The position numbers were made by a program, and so were the translations under genes. From Octopus sinensis (taxonomy: Eukaryota), in NCBI RefSeq assembly GCF_006345805.1, contig NC_042999.1:168144001-168208000 (forward strand): a stretch of 64,000 nt of DNA, given 5' to 3'. The stretch's first letter is position 1. Every line of letters begins with the position of its first letter. The notes beneath the pieces are model-generated. The model saw only the letters and a list, made by a program, of their open reading frames with translations, was not told where the DNA came from and did no database searches. Shown in pieces: positions 13,000 to 25,614 of the stretch.

Positions 13000-13320
13000 A
13001 ACATTTCCTAACCCAGGAAGAATGTTGGTTTCATCACTTTGAACCAGAGGTAAACAGACAATCCATGCAGTGGAAACACTGCTTTTCATCTGCTCCAAAG
13101 CCAAGGTCGTTTCATCTGCAGAGAAGATGATGGCCTCAGTTTTTGGGGATGCAAAAGGCATTGAGCTTATTGACTATCTTTAAAAGGGCCACACCAACAA
13201 TGGAGAGTACTATGCCAACTCACTGAGGCAGTTACAAAAGGCTATTAAGACCAAATGCCCAGGAAAAAATAATGAAAAGGGTCTTGTTTCATCAGGACAA
13301 TGCTCTAACACATGACCTTG
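13000..13320 (+). mobile_element. Mariner transposase fragment
   Basis: Translates to FHHFEPEVNRQSMQWKH...SSAEKMMASVF...NGEYYANSLRQLQKAIK...VLFHQDNA, typical of the DD34D catalytic domain. Frameshifted. Confidence 0.85.
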
Positions 13321-13524
13321 GTTTGAAAGAGATTAGACAAAACACTATAGGATGGAATTCCTGAAAATAATGCAATCATAAGGGAAATTTCTGGTGAATG
13401 AACTGACTGGAAACCATACATAACAAGGAAATATGTAATGATGCAGTATAGTGGTTTTGCTCAATGCCTACCAGAAATCATTCAAAGTCTAATCATATTT
13501 ACAGTTGCTTTATAAGCTGGTAAT

Positions 13525-13907
13525 GGAATCACTCCGTCGGTTACGACGACGAGGGTTCCGGTTGATCCGAATCAACGGAACAGCCTGCTCGTGAAATTAA
13601 CGTGTAAGTGGCTGAGCACTCCACAGACACGTGCACCCTTAACGTAGTTCTCGCGGATATTCAGTGTGACACAGAGAGTGACAAGGCCAGCCCTTTGAAA
13701 TACAGGTACAACAGAAACAGGAAGTAAGAGTGAGAGAAAGTTGTGGTGGAAGAGTACAGCAGGGATCACCACCATCCCTGCCGGAGCCTCGTGAAGCTTT
13801 AGGTGTTTTCGCTCAATAAACACTCACAACGCCCGGTCTAGGAATCGAAACCGCGATCCTACGACCGCGAGTCCGCTGCCCTAACCACTGGGCTATTGCG
13901 CCTCCAC
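13525..13907 (-). mobile_element. tRNA-derived SINE family C
   Basis: Minus-strand head GGCGCAATAGCCCAGTGGTTAGGGCAGCGGACTCGCGGTCGTAGGATCGCGGTTTCGATTCC (A and B boxes). 13-bp TSD ATAAGCTGGTAAT at 13512-13524 and 13908-13920. Confidence 0.92.
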
Positions 13908-14791
13908 ATAAGCTGGTAATAAGAGTAAGTTCAATTGTCAAATATCATTACCGTTCTTGTCTTTATCACTTTTGCTATTCTTTGGTTTTGGAACTCTTTT
14001 ACGTGTATTTTCATTTGATCCTTTCAGTTTTATTTCATCCAGACTTGCTGGATGCTTCGAGAGTTTGAAGGGAATTCGGGTATAGGATTTAATCATATTA
14101 TATTCTGGAAAAAAATATAACAGTATAAAATTAGATAGTTTGTGAAACAGCTTTATCATATAAAATGATTCTCAAGTCTATAATTTGAGGCTTCTTAGCA
14201 ATAGATAATGTTTACATTAGAGAAAGATTCAGTGAACATCAATATAAAGCAATATGATTACAATGTCATCATCATTATTATTTAATGTCCAGTCTCCGTG
14301 CTGGCATAGGCTGGACAGACTCCAACTGTCTGTTGTGGCATGGCTTCTACAGCTGGATGCCCTTCCTAATGCCAACCACTTAACAGTGTACTGGATTCTT
14401 TTTAAGCATCACTGGCTTGGTTGCCAGTTACATAGCACTGGTATGGGTGTGTTAATGCAGTACCAGCATGGGTTGCTTTTTAAATGGCACCTGAAAGACA
14501 AACCTGTTGTGTGTGCAAGACAGCAATTTTACTTAGCTGAAACATCTTGTCAAGTACAGCAAATCACTACATCTCCTGGTCCCTTGTCATTTTCAAATAT
14601 TATTCATATGTAGTCACTATTTGCCACTGTAACCCCATTATATTGGTTTCAAATTTTGGCACTAGGCCAGCAATTTGGGGGTGGGGATAAGTCAATTACA
14701 TCAATCTTAGTACAGTTCTATATTTAAGAGATGAGGAATTATGTACATTATTTACAGTTGATGGATATTTGTTGTCATCTTGTTTGTTGTT

Positions 14792-14837
14792 AACACAACG
14801 TTTCGGCTGATATACCCTCCAGCCTTCATCAGGTGTC
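14792..14837 (-). ncRNA. Minimal type I hammerhead ribozyme motif (intact core)
   Basis: Minus strand reads GACAC-CTGATGA-A-GGCTG[GAGGGTATAT]CAGCC-GAAAC-GTT-GTGTT: stem I, canonical core, stem II, palindromic AACGTT and NUH=GUU. Confidence 0.75.
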
Positions 14838-14889
14838 TTGGGGAAATTTCGAACCTGGGTTCTCATTCCTAAGGTATTTTTTGATGTTA

Positions 14890-14940
<51 letters not shown>

Positions 14941-15093
14941 TCACTGCTTGGAATCGAACTTGGAATCTTGGGGTTAAGAGTGTGGGCTACTAATTCCAAG
15001 ATTCCAAGTTCAATTCCAAGCAGTGAATGGAATAACAACTACAACATCAAAAATACCTTAGGAATGAGAACCCAGGTTCGAAATTTCCCCCAA

Positions 15094-15136
15094 GACACCT
15101 GATGAAGGCTGGAGGGTATATCAGCCGAAATGTGTT
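15094..15136 (+). ncRNA. Hammerhead motif, defective mirror copy
   Basis: GACAC-CTGATGA-AGGCTG...CAGCC-GAAA-TGTGTT; lacks the CGT of the cleavage site. Confidence 0.6.
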
Positions 15137-15565
15137 AACAACAAACAAGATGAGGACAAATATCCATTAAATGTAAATAATGTAAATAATGTATTAATCC
15201 TCAACTGGTACTTATTTCATTGACCCCCAAAAGAATGAAAGGCAAAGTCATCCTTGGCAGAATTTGATCCCAGAACACAATGACAGACAATATACTGCTA
15301 AGCATTTTGCCCAACCTGCTAATCCTTTGTAATCTGGATAATTCAAGTTGGAGATCAAAGTTGAAGATCCAAGGTTGAATCCACAGGAAGTCTGAGGATC
15401 AGATTATAAACATTAAAAAGAACAGCAAAGACAAAAACAAAGACAAATGTGGCAGCAGTCTAACACTTCAATGGAGAAAGAGTGTGCATAAATGCTTTGG
15501 CTGTTTGTCATTCATCAGAAGAAAGTAAAAGAGAAGCAAATGAAATGGTGAGTGTATAAAAGGTA

Positions 15566-15808
15566 GGAGAGTCCAGTTTGCTGGACATTGTTGTAGAGCT
15601 GAAAAAGAGGCAATTTCTACTCTTCTCCTCTGGAAGCCATCTACTCGCAATACCAGAGGGCGCACACTCTCCTACCCTGATGTAATCTCCAGGGATACAG
15701 GCATCAAGCAACAGGACCTCCGTAATGCCATGATGGACCGTGAAGTCTGGCGTAGCATGGTAAATTCCATTGTCTCGACCATGGTCGAGCAATGATGATG
15801 ATGATGTA
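15566..15808 (+). mobile_element. 3' end of a second RTE-type LINE
   Basis: Matches 45431-45680 in reverse orientation; (TGA)n tail. Confidence 0.85.
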
Positions 15809-16054
15809 CGAAAAAGAATAAAAAAGAGGAAGGATATAGGAGCAAGACAAAGGATGAGAAACCAAAGGGGGGAATGGTACCCTATGGGGAAGAGTTAAGA
15901 AAGAAGAGGTGGGTATGTACATGCATGTAGCAGAGTCTATCTGCATCTGGAAGTGGGATGGGGAGTGGTTTTATGTGTGTATTAGTTTGATGCATGTATG
16001 TGTATAAGTGTATTGTAACATTAGTTAGTGAGAGTGGAGAATGTTGATGTGTAT

Positions 16055-16461
16055 ACTCTTACTCTTTTACTCTTTTACTTGTTTCAGTCATTTGACTGCG
16101 GCCATGCTGGAGCACCGCCTTTAGTCGAGCAAATCGACCCCGGGACTTATTCTTTATAAGCCCAGTACTTATTCTATCGGTTTCTTTTGCCGAACCGCTA
16201 AGTGACGGGGACATAAACACCTCAGCATCGGTTATCAAGCAATGCTAGGGAGACAAACACAGACACACAAACATATACATACACACACATATATATATAT
16301 ACGACAGGCTTCTTTCAGTTTCCGTCTACCAAATCCACTCACAAAGCATTGGTCGGCCCGAGGCTACAGTAGAAGACACTTTCCCAAGATGCCACGCAGT
16401 GGGACTGAACCCGGAACCATGTGGTTGCTTAGCAAGCTACTTACCACACAGCCACTCCTGC
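16055..16461 (-). mobile_element. tRNA-derived SINE family A
   Basis: Reverse complement of 43919-44346, with a (CTCTTTTA)n tail on the + strand. Confidence 0.9.
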
Positions 16462-16618
16462 TTGTGAGTTTTTGTTAATTGGGTAATATGAAAGTGTGCA
16501 CAATGAAAGAACAGTGGTAGTTCTGGTAACAACAGAAAAGAGATGTGAAACCAGCAAGTGGATCCATTTGAGTGTCCATAAGAGATGGGTGAAGCAGTCA
16601 CTGAATTTTGTAGCTTAA

Positions 16619-16925
16619 TCCTTTCGTTACTATATTTCTGACCAAAATACACCCCTCAAGAGTTTCAATTAAATCGATGCCGAAAAAAATGTGGAAAAAA
16701 ATCTCCCAAAATTCAGGGAATTAAAATTACACGTCGATCGTTGTACAAAACTGTAGATGAACTTTTTACAAAGCATAATCACGTGTTTTCACGAATGTAC
16801 TAAAGAGATTTGCTCTGATATTCTCATTTAAATATGAATAGGTAAATTTGGGCGGCTTTGGGCGATTTGGTCACAGTAACCAAAATTTTTTTCGGGCGGC
16901 TTTGGGCGGTTTGGTAACAAAAGGG
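16619..16925. mobile_element. TTAA-flanked piggyBac-type MITE
   Basis: TTAA|TCCTTTCGTTAC...GTAACAAAAGGG|TTAA. Confidence 0.85.
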
Positions 16926-17150
16926 TTAAGTCAAGTCGTGTATATCAATGGTTCTCGTAGCCATTGATCTTGGCTTGCATACAACCACTAACTAGTAGGC
17001 ACACTATCTAAATATAGCCAAAGTTTGTCAAAGAAAAGGTGCCAAAGAAAAAAGATCATTGAGATTTCAATTTACTCTTCACCAAAAAATGCTTGTTTAG
17101 AACAACTGGGATTATAATGCTAGTTAGAATCTTGGATTCGGTTGGTTTTA

Positions 17151-18720
17151 CAAGGGTGGGCAGAAAAGTTCATAAGCTGACTAAGAAGGAGTGATGCTAG
17201 AGCTGTGAAATTTTTCATGCATTAACTTCAACTCTTCTTAATAACTGCATCGTTTCTTTCAGGGTAAACTGACATTTCACTGTTTAAAGAAGATTTTAAA
17301 TGTAACTAGTAGCGATTTCTCTTGAAAAATAGACAAAATTTCACATCACAATGTTATGAAGTACCTGTAGAAAAAGGATTTAGCCCCCAATGATATTCAT
17401 GCTGACATGGTTACTGCATTAAGGGATAACATCCCAGCTTTATTAACTGTGCAAAAGTTGGCAGCTGAATTTAGAAGGGGAACAGAGAACTTTGAAGATG
17501 ACCCGGGGTTTGAATGTCCTGCAATTGCCACTAATGAGGGAAATAGTGACCGTGTTCACCATAGATGACAGGTGATTGATAATAAATCAAATAATCAATT
17601 CTATTAGCATATCTTGAATGAGAGTTGAGAATATTCTGTATAATGAACTTGCAATCACGAAGGTTTCTACTTGGAGTGGGCCACGTCATCTGACACCTGA
17701 TCAAAAGCACACCAGGTTGATCATATAGGAAAATCTGACATTGTTTGAGGCAGATCTAGCTGGTTTCCTTAAACATTTTCTAACCCATAATGTATGTTGA
17801 GTTCATCACTTTCAGCCAGAGACAAACAGACAATCCATGCAGTGGAAACACTGCTCCTCACCTACTCCAAGGCCAAGGTATTTTCATCAGCAGGGAAGGT
17901 GTTGGCCTCAATTTTTTGGGATGCACAAGGCATTTTCATTATTGGGCACCTATGCCAACCCCCTTTGCTTGCGAAGACATGTTGGGGCAAGCGAAATCGA
18001 AATCGAATTGAACCAGCCAGGATCCCTGGTCTGGTGGTACGTAAAAAGCACTATCCGACTCGTGGCCGATGCCAGCACCGCCTCGACTGGCTTCCATGCT
18101 GGTGGCACATAAAATACACCAATCCGACCGTGGCCGTTGCCAGCCTCAGCTGGCACCTGTGCAGGTGGCACGTAAAAAGCACCCACTACACTCACGGAGT
18201 GGTTGGCGTTAGGAAGGGCATCCAGCTGTAGAAACATTGCCAGATAAGACTGGAGCCTGGTGCAGCCTTCTGGCTTCCCAGATCCCCAGTTGAACCGTCC
18301 AACCCATGCTAGCATGGAGAACGGACGTTAAACGATGATGATGATGATGATTAGGGATGATAGGTGGTTTAAATTTATGTTTATGCATTATTACTCTTCT
18401 GTTGAGGCAAGTGAGATGATGATGATGATGATGATGACTACCTTCAAAAGGGCCACACCATCAATGGAGAGTACTATACCAACTCACTGAGGTAGTTACA
18501 AAAAGCTATCAAGACCAAATGCCCATGAAAACTGATGAAAAGGGTCTGGTTTCATCAGAACAGTGCTCCAGCTCACAAGTCCTTGCTTTCAATGACTGCT
18601 GTGCATGACTGTGGCTTTGAACTGGTTGATCAGCCTCTCTGTTTTTCTGATTTGGTCCCATCTGACTATCATCTGATCCCCTTCATGAAAAGACAATTGG
18701 CTGGGAACCAGAATATGTAA
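17151..18720 (+). mobile_element. Degraded mariner-like element interrupted by an RTE 3'UTR copy (~17958-18352, +)
   Basis: Starts TA|CAAGGGTGGGCAGAAAAGTTC. Remnant transposase motifs include DIHADMVT, QSMQWKH, VWFHQNSAPAH and SDLVPSDYHL. The right TIR was not found. Confidence 0.85.
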
Positions 18721-18799
18721 GTGAAGGGCAGAAAATATGTAAGATGGTACCAATTAATGTGCATGGGTGTGTGTAAATGTAAAGAGTATTTGAATATGC

Positions 18800-19210
18800 A
18801 AAAGGTGCCAGACTTTGGTATCAAAACCTACCACTCACTGCGCCACGGAAGACGCTGCCAGCTACCACCAATCAACAAAAAGGCTGGCCAGGCAGCAAAA
18901 ACCCTGCAAGAGTCAAGTCTGTTGGTTCGAGGAGCACAACTATTCAACTCCATTCCGGTACATGTCAGAAATCTATCAGGATGCAGTGTGGAATCATTCA
19001 AATTGCAGCTGGATAGATACTTAAGCACCATTAGAGATGAACCCCATCTCCCAGGATATACACAACGAGCACAAACTGACTCAAACTCGCTCCTACACAT
19101 GTCAAAATTAAACAGACAATACAACCTGGCAACCACACCAGACTCTGAGGGTGGAGTCTTCGACTTGGCCTGAGCATGGACTCAAACTCAAATGAAATGA
19201 AATGAAACGA
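18800..19210 (+). mobile_element. 3' end of a CR1/L2-group LINE
   Basis: HGRRC...VRGAQLFNSIP...SFKLQLDRYLSTIRDEP...SNSL, a typical C-terminus; (AAATG)n tail. Confidence 0.8.
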
Positions 19211-19460
19211 AATGCACCTATGTGTGTGTATGTGTCAAAGATAGATGATGGTAGGTGAATAGGAGTGGGTAGGGAATAAATGCCAGTTGGTGTATGTGTG
19301 TAATGTTGTATGTGCTGGTTTGTGTCTGTGAGCTGGTGTGTGCCCATGTGATGGTGTGTGCTAGTGTGTTGGTGCATGTATGTGTGTACACCAAAAAGAC
19401 AAGGTGGTAGGTAAAAATATGTGCGTATATGCATGCATAAATGAAAGTTGTGAATGTGTA

Positions 19461-19528
19461 GGGGACAGGTGACCCAAGGGGACAGGTGACCCAAGGGGAC
19501 AGGTGACCCAAGGGGACAGGTGACCCAA
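19461..19528 (+). repeat. 17-bp minisatellite x4 (GGGGACAGGTGACCCAA)
   Basis: Four exact tandem units. Confidence 0.95.
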
Positions 19529-19945
19529 GGGAAGAGTATGTGAAAGCCTTGTTAGTGTGTAAAAGTAAGTGCAGAAGTGGAGAGGAGTGAAGTGTATGTA
19601 GTGGGTAGAAATGCAGGGTGAAAGGGAAAGGGGGGGGGTGGAAGCTGGAAAAAAATAGAGGGACGAATTCATACAATAAAAAGGTATTTGTGTTTTCAGA
19701 AAGATGGACTTCTCTCAGGAAGTGGTAGGAAATCTGATGCTGGAGGCCCAACCAAAGACTGAGAGATCCTGAGAAGAGTGATCAGCTGATTAAAAACATT
19801 GAAAGACACACAATTCATTGCCAAGTTTTCGAGTTAAGGCAGCTTTTTCATCCACAGCTTTTCCTTCTCCAAACTCCAACCCACTCCTAGATTCTTCCCC
19901 TATGCCCATCCCTGCAGCCACACCTCCTCTTACATTTCCAACACC

Positions 19946-20175
19946 TATTTCTTTATTACCCACAAGGGGCTAAACACAGAGGGGACAAACAAGGATAGAC
20001 ATAGGTATTAAGTCGATTGCATCGAACCCAATGCACAACTGGTACTTAATTTATCGACCCCGAAAGGATGAAAGGCAAAGTCGACCTTGGCGGAATTTGA
20101 ACTCACAACGTAACGCAGATGAAATACCGCTAAGCATTTTGCCCGGCGTGCTAACGTTTCTGCCAGCTCGCTGCC
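19946..20175 (-). mobile_element. tRNA-derived SINE family B
   Basis: Reverse complement of 30255-30481. Perfect 16-bp TSD TTACATTTCCAACACC at 19930-19945 and 20176-20191. Confidence 0.92.
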
Positions 20176-20879
20176 TTACATTTCCAACACCACTACCTTC
20201 ATCAGATCCAATCATTGCACCTCCTACATCAAGGATTCTTTCCAATACACATCTATCAACCTCATATACACACTATGTCTCTTTTGCAATTTGTACTACA
20301 TTAGACTGTTTATCAATTTCTTTGGATTTTCTTCTCTGATTGCATTGTTTAGGTGAGGGGCAGCAACATCATTCTACCATTTTCTATCATCATCTGGCTA
20401 ATGGGTGCCTCTTGTGAAGTTTATGTTCAGAAACATTCAGACCAAATTCTTCATAGGATTACAATTATCATTAGTGTGCTTTCACAGTACTCAAATAACT
20501 ACAACACTTCTTTAAATGTCAAACAATAACAGTAAATCTGCTGGATAATTTTCCCTCCTCTTTTCTAAAAGATATAGATTTTCATATAACCTAGAACCTC
20601 TCTTATTAACACACAAAATACGCATACCATTCCTCTCTGAGTAACAAATTTTCTAACCTTAGACAAATCATCACTGCTTTTCAGACTACACTTAATACTC
20701 AAACTTCACTCTGAAAGGTAGTGTCTGCACATATGTATTTTTAAATCTTGCACCTACTCACCTGGATATCATCAACAAAGGTTTCCAATTACTCTTGCTC
20801 AAAGTCTCCACCGTCTACTTATCTAAATACATCTGTTTTCTCTACTACCCTCCAACTCTTTGATCATATCCCTTCCCGC

Positions 20880-23800
20880 ATCAAGGATATTTTTCTCATT
20901 TTATTCCCCCATCAAATCATAATCCTCAGTGACTAACACTCACCACTCTTCTTGGCTCTCACACTTACACTGATGCTGCCAGTACAGAAACCGAACTTTT
21001 GAAATCCTCAACTCTACACAAATTAGTTTTATCTCTTAGATACATCCTTGGCTTACACAGAGACACTCCAATTCCCGCCCCTCAAACTTCACAGCTCAGC
21101 ATCGTCCATACCAACTCGTGCTCCTTATTTCCAAAGTTCAGCGAATTATTTACACTGGCCATGCATGATTCCCCAGATGTGATAGCTATCACCGAGACTT
21201 GGCTGACTCCAGCAGTAAAGGACTCGGAAATCCACCTACAGGGCTACGACCTCTTCAGATGTGACAGAGAAAAAAGGCGAGGTGGAGGTGTTGCTGTGTA
21301 TGTCAAATCTGAGCACAAACCGTCCAGCGGTATTCTACCCACTAATGCTCAACCTACAACAAAATTCGATGCAGTCTATTGCAAGCTGAGCCTATCCAGG
21401 TTTTGCCTGCCCGTGTTAGCTGTCTACAGGCCGCCTCTTGCCGACCCCCAGGACGATGCTCATTTACTCGAAGCGATAAGATTCGTTTCAGCTTCTCATG
21501 ACTTTGATATTAGGAGATTTCAATGCTCCCACGATCGACTGGCCCGCATCAATTTGTACGTCATCTTCCCGGTTCGGCCAGGCCCTTCTTGACGTGGCTG
21601 AAGATTGTTTACTATCGCAACATGTTGAATATCCAACAAGGCATCGGTCTGGGCAGCAGCCATCTATGCTGGATCTGGTATTCTCCCGCTATCCAAGATC
21701 AGTGTCAGGCTTATCTGTGTGCGCCCCTCTTGCCAAGAGTGATCACGTGGTCCTGAAGTTCAACATGCACACAACTTTTTCTATGCCCACGACTACTTCG
21801 CTGCCACGTAGAGTCTTCTCTGCAATCAATCTTGAAATTCTAACCGAGGCTTCCGCGCTTCTGGACTGGCGATCCCTGATGATGATGTCCTCAGTTGACG
21901 AACTATGGTTGTCCCTCAAAGCATATTTAATCTGGTTGACTGACCAAGCAGTTCCCGTTGGGCTTCCCAAGAAGAAGAAAGACAAGCCCTGGGTGACGAC
22001 GAAGGTTAAACGAGAACTTCGACTCAGAGATATTGCTTGGGCTGAATTCAAAAATCTAGATTCGACTGCAGCTTTTGAGGTGTACAAAACTCAACGAGAC
22101 CGAGCCACGAAAATAGAAAAGGAAGAACGCTTCAGATATGAATACAGAATTGCGGCAAACGCCAGTCACACTCCAAAAACCTTCTTTGCCCATGTCCAAT
22201 GGAATTCCCACTTGAACAACCAAATTGCAACGTCAGTAGACTCAACAGGCGTATCGATTGAGGACCCTTATCAGCAGAGTCAGTTATTTGCCGAGGCTTT
22301 TTCAACTATTTTCAAACAAGATGATGGTCGTGAACCCCCTCCATTTGATAGATCGGTACCTCCAATGCCTAGATTGGTCATCACGCGGGACGAATTCGAA
22401 CGCATTATTTAAGACCTCAATGTCAACAAGGGTCATGGCCCTGATGGCATACACCCACAAGTTATCAAAGCGTAGGCTCCGGTCATCTGCGAACCTTTAA
22501 CACTTCTATTCAATATGTCATTGGCGACAGGTGTTATACCTGCAGACTGGAGAACAGAGATAATCTGCCCAATTTTCAAGAAAGGGAGCCGCGAAGACCC
22601 GCTTAACTACTGACCGGTTTCCCTTACTTCAATAATCAGCAAGATGTTCGAAACCATCCTTAAGAAAAGTATGTTGCTCCACCTCCAAAACACAGCCTCT
22701 ATCTCTGATTCCCTGCATGGCTTTGTGCCGAAGAGATCATGCTTGACCAACTTACTAGTAATGGAAGAATTGGTGACGCATATACTGGATGATGGTGATG
22801 CTGTTGACATCGTTTTATTGGACTTTGCCAAAGCTTTTGATTCGGTAAACCACCACCTATTACTTGTCAAGCTTCAAGCATATAGTTTCCATTCGGATAT
22901 TGTACGATGGGTTGGTGCCTTCCTCTCAGATCGCTCCTTCCAAGTCCAAGTTAATGGTTCGCTGTCCGATGTCTCCAGTGCGAGCAGTGGTGTGCCTCAA
23001 GGTTCAGTGCTTGGGCCCTTATTATTCTTAGTCTTTATAAATGACTTGCCCGACAACCTCACACAACACACCCTTCTATTTGCCGATGATGTCAAACTGG
23101 TCGCTACTCGCGGTGATACAGATTATCTTCGTCGATGCCTCCACCAAGTTTGGAGATGGTCTAATGAATGGGACCTGTGCCTGAACGTGTCAAAATGCTG
23201 TCATCTGCTTGTTGGCTCTTCTCCTGCAACTCAACTTGATTTTGAGCCGGATCGTCTGCTGCTGGAGAGGACCGACCAGGTAAAGGACCTGGGTATCTTG
23301 GTGGATTCTTCCTTTTCGCCTTTGGCCCAGTGCGTCCATGCTGCCAACAAAGCACGTGGAGTTCTGTTTTTGATTTGACGGTCATTCGGAATGCTCACAG
23401 CAGCCATATTCCTACCGCTCTATGTCATGCTGGTGAGACCCATATTGCAGTACGGGATTCAAGCCTCTTCTCCTAATCTCCTCAAAGACATACATCATCT
23501 CGAAAGAGTCCAGAAGCTGGCTACCCGCATGGTTCATGGTCTCAAGCATTTGTCTTATGAAGAAAGGCTGAAGACGCTCGGCCTTTATTCTCTAGAAAAA
23601 CGATGCTGCCGTGGTGATCTCATTCTCGCTCACAACATCATAAGCGGAAAGTGTAACCTCTCGAAAGAGCTGTTCTTCACTCCTGCTCCAGAGCGTCGGC
23701 TGTGGGGTCACTCCAAAAAGCTCTATCTGCAACGATTTCATCTCAATCGAAGGAGAGGGGCTTTCTCCGTCCGGGTTGCGAATCCATGGAATAAGCTGCC

Positions 23801-24400
23801 GGACGAGATAGCGAAGATGCCGACGACCGCTAGGTTCAAAGTCTCTCTTGACCAGAAATGGCCTGAACTCTTTGCACGAACACCACCCTGTACATAACTC
23901 CATGTCCCCCTACATGGCCTTGCTTTTTGCTTTTTGATCCAAAAAATTAACTTAACTCCAAGCATCCTTGATTTTTTCTCACTTCCAAAATTCATCACTA
24001 TTTCTGCATCAGTTGTTCAACAACTGGCTTATCTCAGTGATCCACCACACACTCATATACAATACATTCCCAACCCTATGACTCTTCAAATCAGCTGGCT
24101 AATTGGAATTATGCCCAAACTCTGTTATCTCTGCAGTATGTGATCCAACCTTCACCACCTGAAACTATCCTTTTAGGAATGTCTTTTCACATCTCACATA
24201 CCACAACTCAAAGCTCCAAACCTTCCAAGTGGTTCACTCAGATGAATAATAGGAGTTCAAGCAAGAATAAAATCAACCACTTGAAGAAAATCACCCAGCT
24301 CTATGCAGTCAGTCCTTCCAATTTCTTATCAAAAATGGTCTTTACCAATTCTGTCAAATCCTTCTCTGAACTCCTCAAAATTATGGTTCTATAAACAGGG
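20880..24400 (+). mobile_element. Ancient LINE endonuclease remnant (20880-21071 and 23955-24400), split by the CR1-like insertion
   Basis: QIIILSD-N-HHSSWLS..TDAA..., and removing the insert rejoins cac aga gac act cca a|gc atc ctt gat ttt = HRDTPSILDF (APE-type 'TPxILDL' motif). Boundaries approximate. Confidence 0.65.
21072..23954 (+). mobile_element. CR1-like LINE ORF2 (APE + RT), 5'-truncated and disrupted
   Basis: DVIAITETWL, ILGDFN, SDH, GVPQGSVLGPLLFLVFINDL, LFADDVKL, RGDLI, RLWGHSKKL and FSVRVANPWNKLP. TSD ACTCCAA at 21065-21071 and 23955-23961; (TAACT) tail. Confidence 0.92.
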
Positions 24401-25221
24401 TTCTTGTAGAAAATCCCACCAAATTTGCTGTCCACTTTGCACCTAACTCTCTCTCTCTCTCCACACACAACAAATCTCTTCCAAAATCCTTCTCTATTCC
24501 ATTAGATTCACCATGTGTCAAGTACAAGAGCATCTCTAGTTGTTTCAAACAACAAAGCCATTTGCGCTTCCTATTACCCTCAAGCAATACACCTCAAAGA
24601 TAACCACTGTCCTTTCCAAATTCTTTATATTTGTTCCCTTTTTGTCTCTCTCTCTCTCTCTCTTTCTCTCTCTAAATCTACCATTATGTTTGAAAAGCAT
24701 TCCAATATTTGGAGCAAAATAAGAAAAAGCCTCATCATCATATTTTACTACTGGAAATTGATATCACATCAAGGGTTTGAGTAGATGAATATTTAATACA
24801 AAGATTAGAAATAGCAATAGGAATTAATGCCACAAATATATTTATAACATTAGCAAGATTGTACAACATTAACTTAAATATAATTAGCATATGAATATAA
24901 TTGTGTATATACATATACACCTCCACAACAGACAGTCATATACTTCAAAATACATTAATGTACACATACAATATAAGCAACAGACTAACAGATATGCATG
25001 TTATCACACAAGCATTCATACATACACCAAAAATCTTGAGTGGTTTACTTAATCTCTTGATTTATTTAACGCCACCATCTGGTTGATGAAAGTATTCAGG
25101 CCAGGTTTACAATCTAAGAATAACTTCCTCCCTTCCATCCATCCACCAGTCTCAGACACACTGAAAAGAGTCATGGGCTTGCTTTTCTTACCTATGACTA
25201 ATCCATAAATTTCTTTTTAAT

Positions 25222-25614
25222 GGATGGAAGCACTCCGTCGGTTACGACGATGAGGATTCCGATTGATCCGACCAACGGAACAGCCTGCTTGTGAAATTAA
25301 CGTATAAGTGGCTGAGCACTCCACAGACACGTGTACCCTTAACGTAGTTCTCGGGGATATTCAGCGTGACACAGAGAGTGACAAGGCCGGCCCTTTGAAG
25401 TACAGGTACAACAGAAACAGGAAGTAAGAGTGGAGTGAGAGAAAGTTGTGGTGAAAGAGTACAGCAGGGATCACCACCATCCCCTGCCGGAGCCTCGTGG
25501 AGCTTTTAGGTGTTTTCGCTCAATAAACACTCACAACGCCCGGTCTGGGAATCGAAACCGCGATCCTACGACCGCGAGTCCGCTGCCCTAACCACTGGGC
25601 CATTGCACCTCCAC
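25222..25614 (-). mobile_element. tRNA-derived SINE family C
   Basis: Colinear with 13525-13907. 12-bp TSD TTTCTTTTTAAT at 25210-25221 and 25615-25626. Confidence 0.92.

Larger units (their letters stand above)
14732..15202. mobile_element. Palindromic non-autonomous unit with Penelope-type hammerhead motifs, inserted in a degraded family-B SINE
   Basis: Inverted arms at ~14732-14890 and ~15035-15202, an inner IR at ~14944-15030, and a (TTA)n tract. The interrupted SINE occupies ~14640-14712 and ~15203-15330. Confidence 0.75.

Noticed and set aside
12730-13161. 143-aa minus-strand ORF as a host gene
   Set aside because: The first third is antisense to a mariner remnant and the remainder has no recognisable domain. 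A possible short exon ending at a CAG|GTAATT donor near 12907 is unsupported.
13835-13907. tRNA-Arg-like gene (also the heads at 25.6, 30.3, 39.7, 40.3, 43.9 and 49.3 kb)
   Set aside because: These are heads of dispersed SINEs with bodies and tails, several with TSDs; they do not fold into complete cloverleaves.
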